NCBI GenBank assembly: GCA_900549865.1
Contig: URPU01000001.1
Coordinates: forward strand, 1 to 59,106
Source of the DNA: an uncultured Eubacteriales bacterium
Lineage (GTDB): Bacteria > Bacillota > Clostridia > Oscillospirales > Oscillospiraceae
Reading direction: 5' to 3'
DNA: 59,106 bases
The notes under the pieces are model-generated. The model was not told where the DNA came from. It saw nothing but the letters and a program-made list of their open reading frames with translations, and searched no databases. This document shows, piece after piece, positions 20,001 through 28,318 of the stretch. A program made the translations under genes and the position numbers. How positions within the stretch are numbered: position 1 is the stretch's first letter; the number at the start of each line of letters is the position of its first letter.

Positions 20001-20355
20001 TGTAATTATGATGGTTATTTTTGTATCTACAGATACAGCGCATCCCGTTTATGCATTTCCCGCCCATTCGGGCAACTCTCGTATACCCTCTTTTGGTTAT
20101 CGGCGTTTTCTTAGGTTGCCGCATTCGCGGAAGCTTGGTTCAAGCCGGAGAGCATGGAATCTATGATGCGACTTCTCAAGGCATGTCAGGTTATGTTGGT
20201 CTATTTATCGGCGTCCGTGGTTTGATGCCTCCGGCGCATTGACAGCTTTGTGAGAATTCCGCACTCTGGCGCGGAGCTTTACATCAGCGACATCAGCGAA
20301 GAGCTGTTCGCAAATACAGCCGAAACGGCACATTTATCAAAAGAGAGGATTCGAA
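20001..20355 (+). other. Long (about 355 nt) untranslated leader / candidate structured RNA upstream of the zinc-ribbon gene
   Basis: No convincing ORF on either strand. Several local hairpins: GTATCT-ac-AGATAC, GCCC-attc-GGGC, CCGC-attc-GCGG. Long-range CGCATC/GATGCG pairing and a tandem 9-mer CATCAGCGA x2. Confidence 0.3.
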
Positions 20356-20634
20356 ATGTACGAAGACAAGACCTTAGTTTGCAAAGAGTGTGGCAAGGAG
20401 TTCGTTTTCACCGCCGGTGAGCAGGAATTCTACGCAGAGCGCGGCTTCCAGAATGAGCCCCAGCGCTGCAAGGCCTGCCGTGACGCTCGCAAGAACGCTG
20501 CCCGTGGCCCCCGTGAGTTCTACACCGCAGTCTGCGCCGCATGCGGCGGCGAGGCAAAGGTTCCCTTTGAGCCGAAGTCTGATCGCCCCGTTTACTGCAG
20601 CGAGTGCTTTGCTAAGATGAGAGAGCAGGCCTGA
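20356..20634 (+). CDS. Small zinc-ribbon protein (two CxxC...CxxC units)
   Basis: 92 aa. CKECG...CKAC and CAACG...CSEC pairs. RBS AGAGAGGA. Confidence 0.7.
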   Translation: MYEDKTLVCKECGKEFVFTAGEQEFYAERGFQNEPQRCKACRDARKNAARGPREFYTAVCAACGGEAKVPFEPKSDRPVYCSECFAKMREQA

Positions 20635-20647
20635 TCGCCTGTGAGAA

Positions 20648-20679
20648 GAATTGGGGCGCTGTTGCGTCCCAATTCTTTT
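20648..20679 (+). terminator. Rho-independent terminator
   Basis: GAATTGGGGCGC-tgtt-GCGTCCCAATTC (one mismatch) followed by TTTT. Confidence 0.65.
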
Positions 20680-20827
20680 ATGCGTATTTATTATACTCTC
20701 TGTGCTTGCAAAGCAAATTTGGGTGTATGGGCGGTTTTTTGTCCGTCAAAACTATATATGCTCTTGCCGGCCGAGGGTACTCCCCGCCGGGGAAATATAA
20801 ATAGAAACTTATGAAAGGTGAAACACA

Positions 20828-21028
20828 ATGGAGATCACTAGAGAGACCTTAATTTCCGAGATAGTCAACAATTGCCCCGAGGCTATGCCCGCCTTCCAGG
20901 CCATCGGCATGCACTGCATGGGCTGCGCCCTTGCAAGCGGCGAAACGCTTGAGCAGGCATGTGCGGCACACGGCGTTGATCCCGACGAGTTCCTTGTCGG
21001 CCTCAAGGCTTATCTTGAGACGCTTTAA
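20828..21028 (+). CDS. DUF1858-like small redox/disulfide protein
   Basis: 66 aa, GMHCMGCALASGETLEQACAAHGVD, typical of DUF1858 / hybrid-cluster-associated small proteins. Confidence 0.6.
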   Translation: MEITRETLISEIVNNCPEAMPAFQAIGMHCMGCALASGETLEQACAAHGVDPDEFLVGLKAYLETL

Positions 21029-21044
21029 TTCTGCGGCGCGTGAC

Positions 21045-21069
21045 AAAAGCCGGACTCTGTCCGGCTTTT
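21045..21069 (+). terminator. Rho-independent terminator
   Basis: AAAAGCCGGA-ctctg-TCCGGCTTTT. Confidence 0.65.
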
Positions 21070-21098
21070 AATTTTACTTTGCCTGTTGGAGAGACACT

Positions 21099-21779
21099 AT
21101 GAACAAACGCTTGGAGCTTATCGCGTCCATACTGCCGCATGGCCGCGGCTTTGCGGACGTCGGCACGGATCACGGATATCTGCCGGTATACATGGCACAG
21201 CACGGCTACAGCGGGAAGATAATTGCTTCCGATATAAATGAGGGGCCGCTTTCCACCGCTGTCGCTTCGGCGCGGCAGGCCGGTGTTGAGGACAGGATAT
21301 GCTTCCGCCTGTGCGACGGGCTTGACGGCTGCGGCAGCGAGGAGCTTGACACCGTTGTGGTCGCCGGTATGGGCGGCGATACCATCTGCGGCATACTTGA
21401 CAGGGCGGACTGGGTCATGAGCCGCGACATCCTGCTCATACTCCAGCCCATGACGAAAGCCGAAGTGCTGCGCTACTGGCTGACGAACAACGACTTTGCC
21501 ATTTGCGGCGAGTGGCTTATCGAAGAAAACGGCGAGATATATCAGATCCTTTCCGCGTGCTTCGGCGCACGGACGCCGCTTTCGGACGCGGAGCTTTTCA
21601 CGGGCAAATATGAGCTTGCCGTGGGGAACGCGCTTTTCCCGGTGCAGCTTGCGGCGTTGATAAAGCGCTTTGAAAGGGCCGCGGCGGGGATGAGCAAGGC
21701 CCCGCGGATGCGCGGCCGGCAGAAGCTCACCGCGGAGATACTTAACGGATTATATGAAATGAGGGACGCTGTGCTATGA
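21099..21779 (+). CDS. trmK: tRNA (adenine22-N1)-methyltransferase TrmK
   Basis: ADVGTDHGYLP, IASDINEGPL, VVAGMGG. Followed by nif3 as in Bacillus yqfN-yqfO. Confidence 0.8.
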   Translation: MNKRLELIASILPHGRGFADVGTDHGYLPVYMAQHGYSGKIIASDINEGPLSTAVASARQAGVEDRICFRLCDGLDGCGSEELDTVVVAGMGGDTICGILDRADWVMSRDILLILQPMTKAEVLRYWLTNNDFAICGEWLIEENGEIYQILSACFGARTPLSDAELFTGKYELAVGNALFPVQLAALIKRFERAAAGMSKAPRMRGRQKLTAEILNGLYEMRDAVL

Positions 21780-22528
21780 CGACAGTCAACGACATATATG
21801 AATATATTGACTCCATCGCCCCGTTCGCGGCGCAGATGGGCTTTGATAATTCCGGCCTGCAGCTTGGCCGCCGCAGTGCGGAGGTGAAAACGGCGCTTCT
21901 TTCGCTTGACGTGACGGACATCGTGATAGATGAGGCGATACGCGCGGGCGCGCAGCTTATTATCTCGCACCACCCGCTCATATTCACCGCGATAAAGTGC
22001 GTCGATGACGAAAAGCTTCTGCGCCTTGCCGAAAACGGCATTGCGGTGATCTCCGCGCACACCAGCCTTGATATTGCCGAGGGCGGCGTGAATGACGTGC
22101 TCATACGCCTTCTCGGGGCGGAGCCTGAGTGCGCGCTTGACGCGGAGGGCTGCGGCCGAATTGGTGCTCTGCCGGTAGCGGCGGAGTTTGATGATTTCCT
22201 GCATATGTGCAGGGATAAGCTGAATACAAACGGTCTGCGGTACTATTCTGCCGGAAAGGCAGTCAAAAGACTGGCCGTGATGGGGGGCGCCGGGGGCGAC
22301 TGCGTGCATGACGCGTTTGCCGCGGGCTGTGACACCTACGTCACGGCGGATATAAAATACCATCAATTCCTCGAAGCGGCGGAGCTTGGGCTGAACCTCA
22401 TAGACGGAGACCACTTCTGCACCGAGGCGCCCGTTATGCCTGTGCTGTTCAGGCGGCTTAGCGGCGCGTTCCCGGACGTCGGCTTTGTTCTTTCCCGGAA
22501 GCACGGTCAGGTCGTTTCCTTCATATAG
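21776..22528 (+). CDS. Nif3-like dinuclear metal centre protein (YqfO family)
   Basis: ISHHPLIF, AHTSLD, GDHFCTE. ATG overlaps the trmK stop. Confidence 0.85.
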   Translation: MTTVNDIYEYIDSIAPFAAQMGFDNSGLQLGRRSAEVKTALLSLDVTDIVIDEAIRAGAQLIISHHPLIFTAIKCVDDEKLLRLAENGIAVISAHTSLDIAEGGVNDVLIRLLGAEPECALDAEGCGRIGALPVAAEFDDFLHMCRDKLNTNGLRYYSAGKAVKRLAVMGGAGGDCVHDAFAAGCDTYVTADIKYHQFLEAAELGLNLIDGDHFCTEAPVMPVLFRRLSGAFPDVGFVLSRKHGQVVSFI

Positions 22529-22534
22529 CGCATT

Positions 22535-22563
22535 GCATATTCTGTCCTCCGCTCTCATAGACT
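22535..22563 (+). promoter_or_regulatory. Sigma-E-like promoter for spoIVA, nested in the nif3 terminator hairpin
   Basis: GCATATT-14 nt-CATAGACT against consensus kmATATT-14-CATACAnT. The -10 lies in the hairpin loop. Confidence 0.45.
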
Positions 22564-22598
22564 CGTACAAACGAGAACATGAGAGCGGAGGCTTTTAT
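22546..22598 (+). terminator. Long hairpin plus T-run after nif3; the 3' arm contains the spoIVA RBS
   Basis: CCTCCGCTCTCAT ... ATGAGAGCGGAGG 13-bp stem with inner CTCGT-acaa-ACGAG hairpin, followed by CTTTTATT and then the ATG at 22600. Confidence 0.55.
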
Positions 22599-22599
22599 T

Positions 22600-24078
22600 A
22601 TGACTGACACTTATATTTACCGCGATATTGCGGCACGGACGAACGGGGCTTTCATGCTCGGCGTAGTTGGGCCGGTCAGGACCGGCAAATCCACATTTAT
22701 AAAGCGATTTATGGAAAAGCTGGTCATCCCGCAGATAGACAACACCTACATGCGCGAGCGCGCAAAGGATGAGCTGCCGCAAAGCGGCTCCGGAAAGACC
22801 ATCATGACAGCCGAGCCAAAGTTCGTTCCGGAGGACGCCGTCACCATAAGCGTGGACGAAAACACTCAGCTCTCCGTCCGCCTTGTTGACTGCGTGGGCT
22901 ACATGGTGGACGGCGCGGCCGGACAGTTTGAGGACGGGGAAGAACGCCTTGTGACGACGCCGTGGTTCGACCATGAGGTCACGCTCACGGAGGCCGCGGA
23001 GAAGGGCACCTATAAGGTCATTGCCGAGCATTCCACCATCGGCATCGTTGTCACCTGCGACGGCAGCATATGCGACATACCGCGCGAACGCTATATTCAG
23101 GCGGAGGCGCGCGTCATTTCGGAATTACAGGAGATAGGAAAGCCCTTCGTCGTGCTGCTGAACAGCACGGCCCCGCAGTCCGAAAGCGCGCAGCTCATAG
23201 CGGCAGACATCTCGGTGCAGTACGGCGTGAAGTGCCTTGCCGTCAACTGCCTTGAGCTGGACGAGGCGGGGATCGGCGAAATAATACATTCCGTGCTGGA
23301 GGAGTTCCCGCTGAAATCCATCGGCTTCTATCTGCCGGAATGGCTGGACGCCCTGCCGGACGACAATGAGCTGAAAAAAGACATGTATGAGAAGATATGC
23401 ACATGCGGCGAAGACGCATCCAGAATAAAGGACTGCCGCCGCACAGCCGCGGCACTGGCCGAATGCGAAAATGTGTGCAGTGCAAAAATAAAAAAGACGG
23501 ACCTTGGCACGGGCGCGATAACCATCTCTGTGCAGCTTCCGCGGGCGCTGTACTACAAGACAATAAGCGACCAGACCGGGATAGAGGTGAAGAACGACGG
23601 CGACCTTATTGCAACGCTGGCGGAAATGAGCGCCGTAAAGCAGGATTACGACAAGCTGCGCACAGCGCTTGAGGACGTGAGGACGAAGGGCTACGGCGTC
23701 GTCATGCCGGATTCCTCACAGATGCATCTGGAAGAGCCGCAGATAGTCCGGCAGGGCGGAAAATACAGCGTCAAGCTGAAAGCGAACGCCCCGGCGATAC
23801 ACATGCTCATGACGAATATCGAGACCGAGGTAACGCCAGCGATCGGCGGCGAGACGGCGTCAGAGGATATCATAAACTTCCTTCTCCAAGGCTTTGACGG
23901 CGATGTGAACAGGATATGGCAGTCGAACATCTTCGGCAAGTCGCTGTATGATATTGCGGAGGAGGGGCTTACGAATAAGATAGAATCTCTGCCGGAGGGG
24001 GCAAAGTCAAAGCTTCAGGAGACCTTGCAGCGGATAATAAATGAGGGAAGCGGTGGGCTTATCTGTATACTGCTGTAA
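22600..24078 (+). CDS. spoIVA: Stage IV sporulation protein A (spore coat basement-layer ATPase)
   Basis: MTDTYIYRDIAARTNGAFMLGVVGPVRTGKSTFIKRFME (Walker A), TAEPKFVP, highly conserved C-terminus GGLICILL. Confidence 0.9.
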   Translation: MTDTYIYRDIAARTNGAFMLGVVGPVRTGKSTFIKRFMEKLVIPQIDNTYMRERAKDELPQSGSGKTIMTAEPKFVPEDAVTISVDENTQLSVRLVDCVGYMVDGAAGQFEDGEERLVTTPWFDHEVTLTEAAEKGTYKVIAEHSTIGIVVTCDGSICDIPRERYIQAEARVISELQEIGKPFVVLLNSTAPQSESAQLIAADISVQYGVKCLAVNCLELDEAGIGEIIHSVLEEFPLKSIGFYLPEWLDALPDDNELKKDMYEKICTCGEDASRIKDCRRTAAALAECENVCSAKIKKTDLGTGAITISVQLPRALYYKTISDQTGIEVKNDGDLIATLAEMSAVKQDYDKLRTALEDVRTKGYGVVMPDSSQMHLEEPQIVRQGGKYSVKLKANAPAIHMLMTNIETEVTPAIGGETASEDIINFLLQGFDGDVNRIWQSNIFGKSLYDIAEEGLTNKIESLPEGAKSKLQETLQRIINEGSGGLICILL

Positions 24079-24164
24079 GTCCGCGCGGTCAATTAGTTTG
24101 ACTATCGCGGCGAAAGCATATATAATAATGCCATACCTCACATTCTGGGCCGTGAGGTGGATAT

Positions 24165-24884
24165 ATGTTCAAATCTTTTCTTGTCCTTGAGAAAAAGCAT
24201 GTTATTGCGGCGGCACTGGCGCTGGCCGTTTTCATCGCGCTGTCGGCTTTTGCGGCAAATCTTGACCACACCAAGGCCGCATCTGCCGTTCTGCCGGAGG
24301 AAGCAACGCTTGTCATAGATGCGGGGCACGGCGGGATAGACGGCGGCGCTGTCGGCGCGGACGGTTCAAGAGAGAGCGACATCAACCTCGCCATTGCGCT
24401 GCGCCTTCAGGCCGTTTCCGCCTTCTGCGGGCAAAGCGCCGTCATGACGCGCACAGATGACAGCCGCGGGGCGGATGCACTGAGCTACAGCGAGCATGAG
24501 GAGCTTGTCTACAGGACGCAGGTGGTGAATGCCACGCCGAACGCCGTGCTTTTGAGCATACACCAGAACTGCTATCCCACGGCACAGCCGAGCGGCGCGC
24601 AGGTGCTCTACTCATCAAACGGGAAAAGCGAGGACTTCGGCCGCCTTATGCACGATAACCTTGTCAACAGTCTCGACCCGCAGAACCGGCGCGTGGCGGA
24701 GCCGGACAAAAACAGGCTGTACATTCTTTCAAATGTTGACTGCCCGGCGATCCTTGTGGAATGCGGCTTCGTGTCCAATCATTCGGACATAACAAAGCTT
24801 ACGGACAGCCGCTATCAAACGGCGCTTTCAACAGTGCTGATGGCGTCATACCTTCAATTCATCCATTCCAATCTGCACATATAA
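24165..24884 (+). CDS. cwlD: N-acetylmuramoyl-L-alanine amidase, CwlD-like (germination-specific)
   Basis: N-terminal TM helix, VIDAGHGGIDGGAVG, SIHQN, ILVECGFVSN; about 240 aa. Confidence 0.7.
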   Translation: MFKSFLVLEKKHVIAAALALAVFIALSAFAANLDHTKAASAVLPEEATLVIDAGHGGIDGGAVGADGSRESDINLAIALRLQAVSAFCGQSAVMTRTDDSRGADALSYSEHEELVYRTQVVNATPNAVLLSIHQNCYPTAQPSGAQVLYSSNGKSEDFGRLMHDNLVNSLDPQNRRVAEPDKNRLYILSNVDCPAILVECGFVSNHSDITKLTDSRYQTALSTVLMASYLQFIHSNLHI

Positions 24885-24907
24885 CATACATAATCGGAGA
24901 ATAGCTG

Positions 24908-26281
24908 ATGGCTGCAAAACAAAAGACAATATACTGCTGCACGGAATGCGGCAATGAAACGCCGAACTGGGCCGGAAAGTGCCCTGTCTGCGGCGCGTGG
25001 AATACGCTGACGGAGGTTAAGCTTGAAGCCGCGGGCGCGAAGAGCAGAGCTGTGCGTTCCGGCCGCGCCGCGCCTGCCGCAAAAAAGATATCTGAACTTG
25101 ACACCACGGCGGAGATACGCTTTTCAACGGGCATTTCGGAATTCGACCGCGTGCTGGGCGGCGGCGCTGTTGTGGGGGCGCTCGTGCTCGTCGGCGGCGC
25201 GCCGGGCATAGGCAAGTCCACTCTGCTGCTTCAGATGTGCGGCAAAATAGACGCAAATCGCCGCGTCCTGTACATCACAGGTGAAGAGAGCGAGCGGCAG
25301 TTAAAGCTTCGCGCGACACGACTCGGCGTGGACGGGGATATCTACGTTCTCGCGGAGACTGACATTGACAGCATCGTCGCCTGTATCGAAGAGGTCTCGC
25401 CCGACGTAGTTATAATCGACTCCATACAGACCGTGTCCGACGCCGATGTAAGCTCTGCCCCCGGCAGCATAACCCAGGTACGCGAATGCACCATGCGCCT
25501 TATGCGCGTGACCAAGGACAAAGGGCTTACGGTGTTCGTCGTCGGTCATATAAACAAGGAGGGCAGCATCGCCGGCCCCAAGGTGCTTGAGCATATGGTC
25601 GATTGCGTGCTGTACTTTGAAGGCGAGCGCAGCACGAGCTTCCGCATCCTTCGCGCGGCGAAGAACCGCTTTGGCTCCACAAATGAGATTGGCGTATTTG
25701 AAATGGTCGATAATGGCCTGAAATGCGTCGAGAACCCCTCTGAAATGCTGCTTTCCGGGCGGCCTGAGAACAGCCCCGGCACCTGCGTGGCCTGCGTTGT
25801 CGAGGGCACAAGGCCAATCCTCGCGGAGGTTCAAGCCCTGCTGTGTCAGGCCGGGTACAATTCCGCCGCGCGCCGCAGCAACGGCATCGACTATAACCGC
25901 ACGGCAATGCTGCTTGCCGTGCTGGAAAAGCGCGGCGGTCTGCCCGTATCCAACTGCGACTCGTATATAAACGTCATAGGCGGGCTGTTCCTTGATGAGC
26001 CGGCCGCGGACCTTGCGACGATACTGGCAATAGCCTCAAGCTATCTTGACCGGCCGCTTGGCGCAGACCTTGCCGCGATAGGCGAAGTCGGCCTTTCAGG
26101 CGAGGTGCGCTCCGTGAGCGCGCTGAATCAGCGCCTGTCAGAAATATCGCGCCTTGGCTTTACGCGCTGTGTCATCCCGGCGCACGTAAGGGATGAAGTG
26201 AAGCACTTCGACGGGATGAAGCTCATACCTGTCAGCAACGTCAGAGAGGCTATCCGCGCCGTGCTTGGCAAAAATGGCTGA
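24908..26281 (+). CDS. radA: DNA repair protein RadA/Sms
   Basis: Zinc finger CTECG...CPVCG, Walker A GGAPGIGKST, KNRFG, Lon-like C-terminal domain. Confidence 0.95.
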   Translation: MAAKQKTIYCCTECGNETPNWAGKCPVCGAWNTLTEVKLEAAGAKSRAVRSGRAAPAAKKISELDTTAEIRFSTGISEFDRVLGGGAVVGALVLVGGAPGIGKSTLLLQMCGKIDANRRVLYITGEESERQLKLRATRLGVDGDIYVLAETDIDSIVACIEEVSPDVVIIDSIQTVSDADVSSAPGSITQVRECTMRLMRVTKDKGLTVFVVGHINKEGSIAGPKVLEHMVDCVLYFEGERSTSFRILRAAKNRFGSTNEIGVFEMVDNGLKCVENPSEMLLSGRPENSPGTCVACVVEGTRPILAEVQALLCQAGYNSAARRSNGIDYNRTAMLLAVLEKRGGLPVSNCDSYINVIGGLFLDEPAADLATILAIASSYLDRPLGADLAAIGEVGLSGEVRSVSALNQRLSEISRLGFTRCVIPAHVRDEVKHFDGMKLIPVSNVREAIRAVLGKNG

Positions 26282-27032
26282 ATTTGTTCTGTCGCCCAAC
26301 CTGCCCCTTGCGGCGGGCACCGTCATTATCGGGCAAAAATATGCGGATTTATTGGAAAAACCGCTTCAAAATCTGAATATTCACCCGCTTTTCGTGCCAG
26401 ATAACCCGGATGTTGACGCGCGCCTCTCCGGACATGCGGACCTATCCGTATTCCACGCGGGAGGGGAGAGGCTGTGGCTTGCGCCGTATTTGCGGGAAAC
26501 GGACTTTTCAAAAGCGCTGCAAAAGCTCGGCGCGGACACAGTATATGCAGACATCACCCAGCGCGAGGCATATCCCCATGATGCGCAGTTAAACATCGCG
26601 GCGTTCGGGCGCAAATTCTTCTACTGCCCAAGGGTGTCATGTTCACTAATTGTTGAACATTTAACAAGCGTGGGGGATATGCAGCCATTGAGCATAAAGC
26701 AGGGCTATGCAAAATGCTCTGCGCTTATTGTGGACGAGCGTTCGATAATATCGCAGGACAGGGGATTGACACGTGCCGCGGCGGCCGCGGGTCTGGATGT
26801 GCTGCAAATATCGCCCGGACACGTCGCGCTTGACGGCTTTGAATACGGCTTCCTCGGCGGCGCCGGGTTTAAGATAAGCCGTGATAAGCTGTGCTTTACG
26901 GGCGTGCTGGACGAGCACCCGTATAAGTGGCGTATATTGGGTTTTCTATCCGCGCGCGGAATCAGGCCGCAGTATCTGACCGACAGACCCGTTTTTGATA
27001 TCGGAAGCGCGATACCGCTGACTGAAAAGTAA
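26274..27032 (+). CDS. Hypothetical protein, possibly DUF6873-like / guanidino-group-modifying-enzyme-like fold
   Basis: 252 aa. SGHADLSVFH, YGFLGGAG. First ATG overlaps the radA 3' end by 8 nt. The family name is from memory only. Confidence 0.45.
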   Translation: MAEFVLSPNLPLAAGTVIIGQKYADLLEKPLQNLNIHPLFVPDNPDVDARLSGHADLSVFHAGGERLWLAPYLRETDFSKALQKLGADTVYADITQREAYPHDAQLNIAAFGRKFFYCPRVSCSLIVEHLTSVGDMQPLSIKQGYAKCSALIVDERSIISQDRGLTRAAAAAGLDVLQISPGHVALDGFEYGFLGGAGFKISRDKLCFTGVLDEHPYKWRILGFLSARGIRPQYLTDRPVFDIGSAIPLTEK

Positions 27033-27034
27033 AT

Positions 27035-27081
27035 AAACAGCGCCCGGATCAAAGACTTGACGTCGGATTCGGGCGCTGTTT
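27035..27081. terminator. Bidirectional terminator between convergent genes
   Basis: AAACAGCGCCCG ... CGGGCGCTGTTT with A/T runs on both sides. Confidence 0.65.
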
Positions 27082-27096
27082 GCAATGTACATTATA

Positions 27097-28116
27097 TCAT
27101 TCCAGTTCTGATTTCTTTTTCCGGCCTATCGGATTTGCCATTGCGGCCTCGTGCAGCTGTGTGTTATCCAAGTGCGTGTATATCTGCGTTGTATTTAGAT
27201 TACTGTGCCCGAGGACCTCCTGCAGCGCGCGCGTATCCACGCCGTTTTTCAGCATAAGCGTCGCCGCGGTGTGCCGAAGCTTATGCGGCGAATATCTGTC
27301 GGCGTCAAGCCCGGCCATGAGCAGCTTTTTGTCCACCATCTGTTCCACGCCGCGGCTTGTGATACGCCGGTTGACGCTGCTGATAAAGAGGGCGTTTTTG
27401 TCCTCCTCGCGTATCTTCCCATTGTCGCGCACAGCCAGATAATCATCCAGCGCTTCGCGGCAGCCCTCGGCGAAGAACACCACGCGCTCCTTATTGCCCT
27501 TACCGATAACGCGCACGTAGTCATCATGCACATCCGTCAGATTAAGCGACACAAGCTCCGACACCCGCAGGCCGCAGGACAAAAACAGCATGAGAATGGC
27601 GTAATCGCGGTATTCATATTTACCCTCACAGGCGCTGAGCAGCCGTTCACACTCGGCTTCGTCCAGAAATTTGGGAAGAGACGCCTGCCGCTTCGGCATG
27701 TCAAGCTCTTGGCAAACATTCTTTTCCAGAAGATGCCGCTTTAGCGTAAGGTAATTAAAGAAGGACTTGACAGACGAGGTACGCCGGCAGCGGCTGGCGG
27801 CAGAGAGGGAATCGGTCGATTCCGGTGAAAAGCTCTGGTATCTGTAAAGCTCTTCGATTTTTGTCGCTTTGATAAAATCAAGGTCAACATCAGTGATGTC
27901 GATTTCATTGAACGGCACATCGGGCGCAACGAGATGCCGGCGGCGTTTAAGATACCGGAACAGAATTTTCAGATCGGTATAGTACGCAAAAACAGTCCGG
28001 TCAGAATGCCCGCGCACGGTCGAGTGATATTCGAGGAACTCCATGAGGATATCCGGAACGTCGTTTATCTGGTCGAGATTCATAAGCGCCTCCGTAAGCA
28101 GATTTACATAATTCAT
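27097..28116 (-). CDS. Tyrosine-type site-specific recombinase (XerC/XerD/integrase family)
   Basis: C-terminal catalytic region GLRVSEL..., HKLRHTAATLML..., LGHSNLNTTQIYTH (R-H-R-Y signature). N-terminal SAM-like domain. Confidence 0.85.
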   Translation of the reverse strand: MNYVNLLTEALMNLDQINDVPDILMEFLEYHSTVRGHSDRTVFAYYTDLKILFRYLKRRRHLVAPDVPFNEIDITDVDLDFIKATKIEELYRYQSFSPESTDSLSAASRCRRTSSVKSFFNYLTLKRHLLEKNVCQELDMPKRQASLPKFLDEAECERLLSACEGKYEYRDYAILMLFLSCGLRVSELVSLNLTDVHDDYVRVIGKGNKERVVFFAEGCREALDDYLAVRDNGKIREEDKNALFISSVNRRITSRGVEQMVDKKLLMAGLDADRYSPHKLRHTAATLMLKNGVDTRALQEVLGHSNLNTTQIYTHLDNTQLHEAAMANPIGRKKKSELE

Positions 28117-28127
28117 TACCTGACATA

Positions 28128-28156
28128 ATTATATGTCAACCGGCTTAAAAAAGCAA
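28128..28156 (-). promoter_or_regulatory. Sigma-A-type promoter giving a near-leaderless recombinase mRNA; the -10 lies inside a palindrome
   Basis: Minus strand TTGCTT-17 nt-TATAAT, with the -10 ending 11 nt before the ATG and no SD sequence. Palindrome TGACATA-atta-TATGTCA at 28121..28138. Confidence 0.4.
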
Positions 28157-28318
28157 GTGCAAACTTCGTTAAATTGATATTATGCGAAGTTATATATGCC
28201 CGTACCAAGCGGTAGAGCACTCTGCAACACGCCATGCTCATATGGCGGCGGCGCTTCTGCTCTCCCGCTTGGATTCAGCATTTTGAATTTTTCAAGCCGG
28301 TTTACAGCAATTATTTAT

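Noticed and set aside
20001-20200. Possible 6S RNA (ssrS), tmRNA or SRP RNA in the ruvB-downstream non-coding region.
   Set aside because: I could not find the long 5'/3' closing stem plus central bubble expected for 6S RNA. The tmRNA (GGGG...UUCGA, tRNA-like 3' end) and SRP (GGAA...AGCA domain IV) signatures are also absent. It is kept only as an unclassified leader or candidate RNA.
19927-20242. ORFs 19927..20166 (79 aa) and 20021..20242 (73 aa) as coding genes.
   Set aside because: They have no RBS, overlap the promoter, and have atypical composition (Phe/Ile/Arg-rich with odd codon usage) compared with neighbouring genes.
28205-28293. A tRNA-like fragment or att site next to the recombinase. 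GCGGTAGAGCAC resembles a tRNA D-arm. It forms a 15-bp imperfect inverted repeat CCAAGCGGTAGAGCA/TGCTCTCCCGCTTGG with an inner CGCCAT/ATGGCG hairpin. A TTGAA-ttt-TTCAA palindrome lies nearby.
   Set aside because: No acceptor, anticodon or T-arm can be built, and the D-stem partner GCTC is missing. No matching direct repeat was found on the other side of the recombinase or ATPase genes. It is probably just a structured 3' UTR of the ATPase-like gene.
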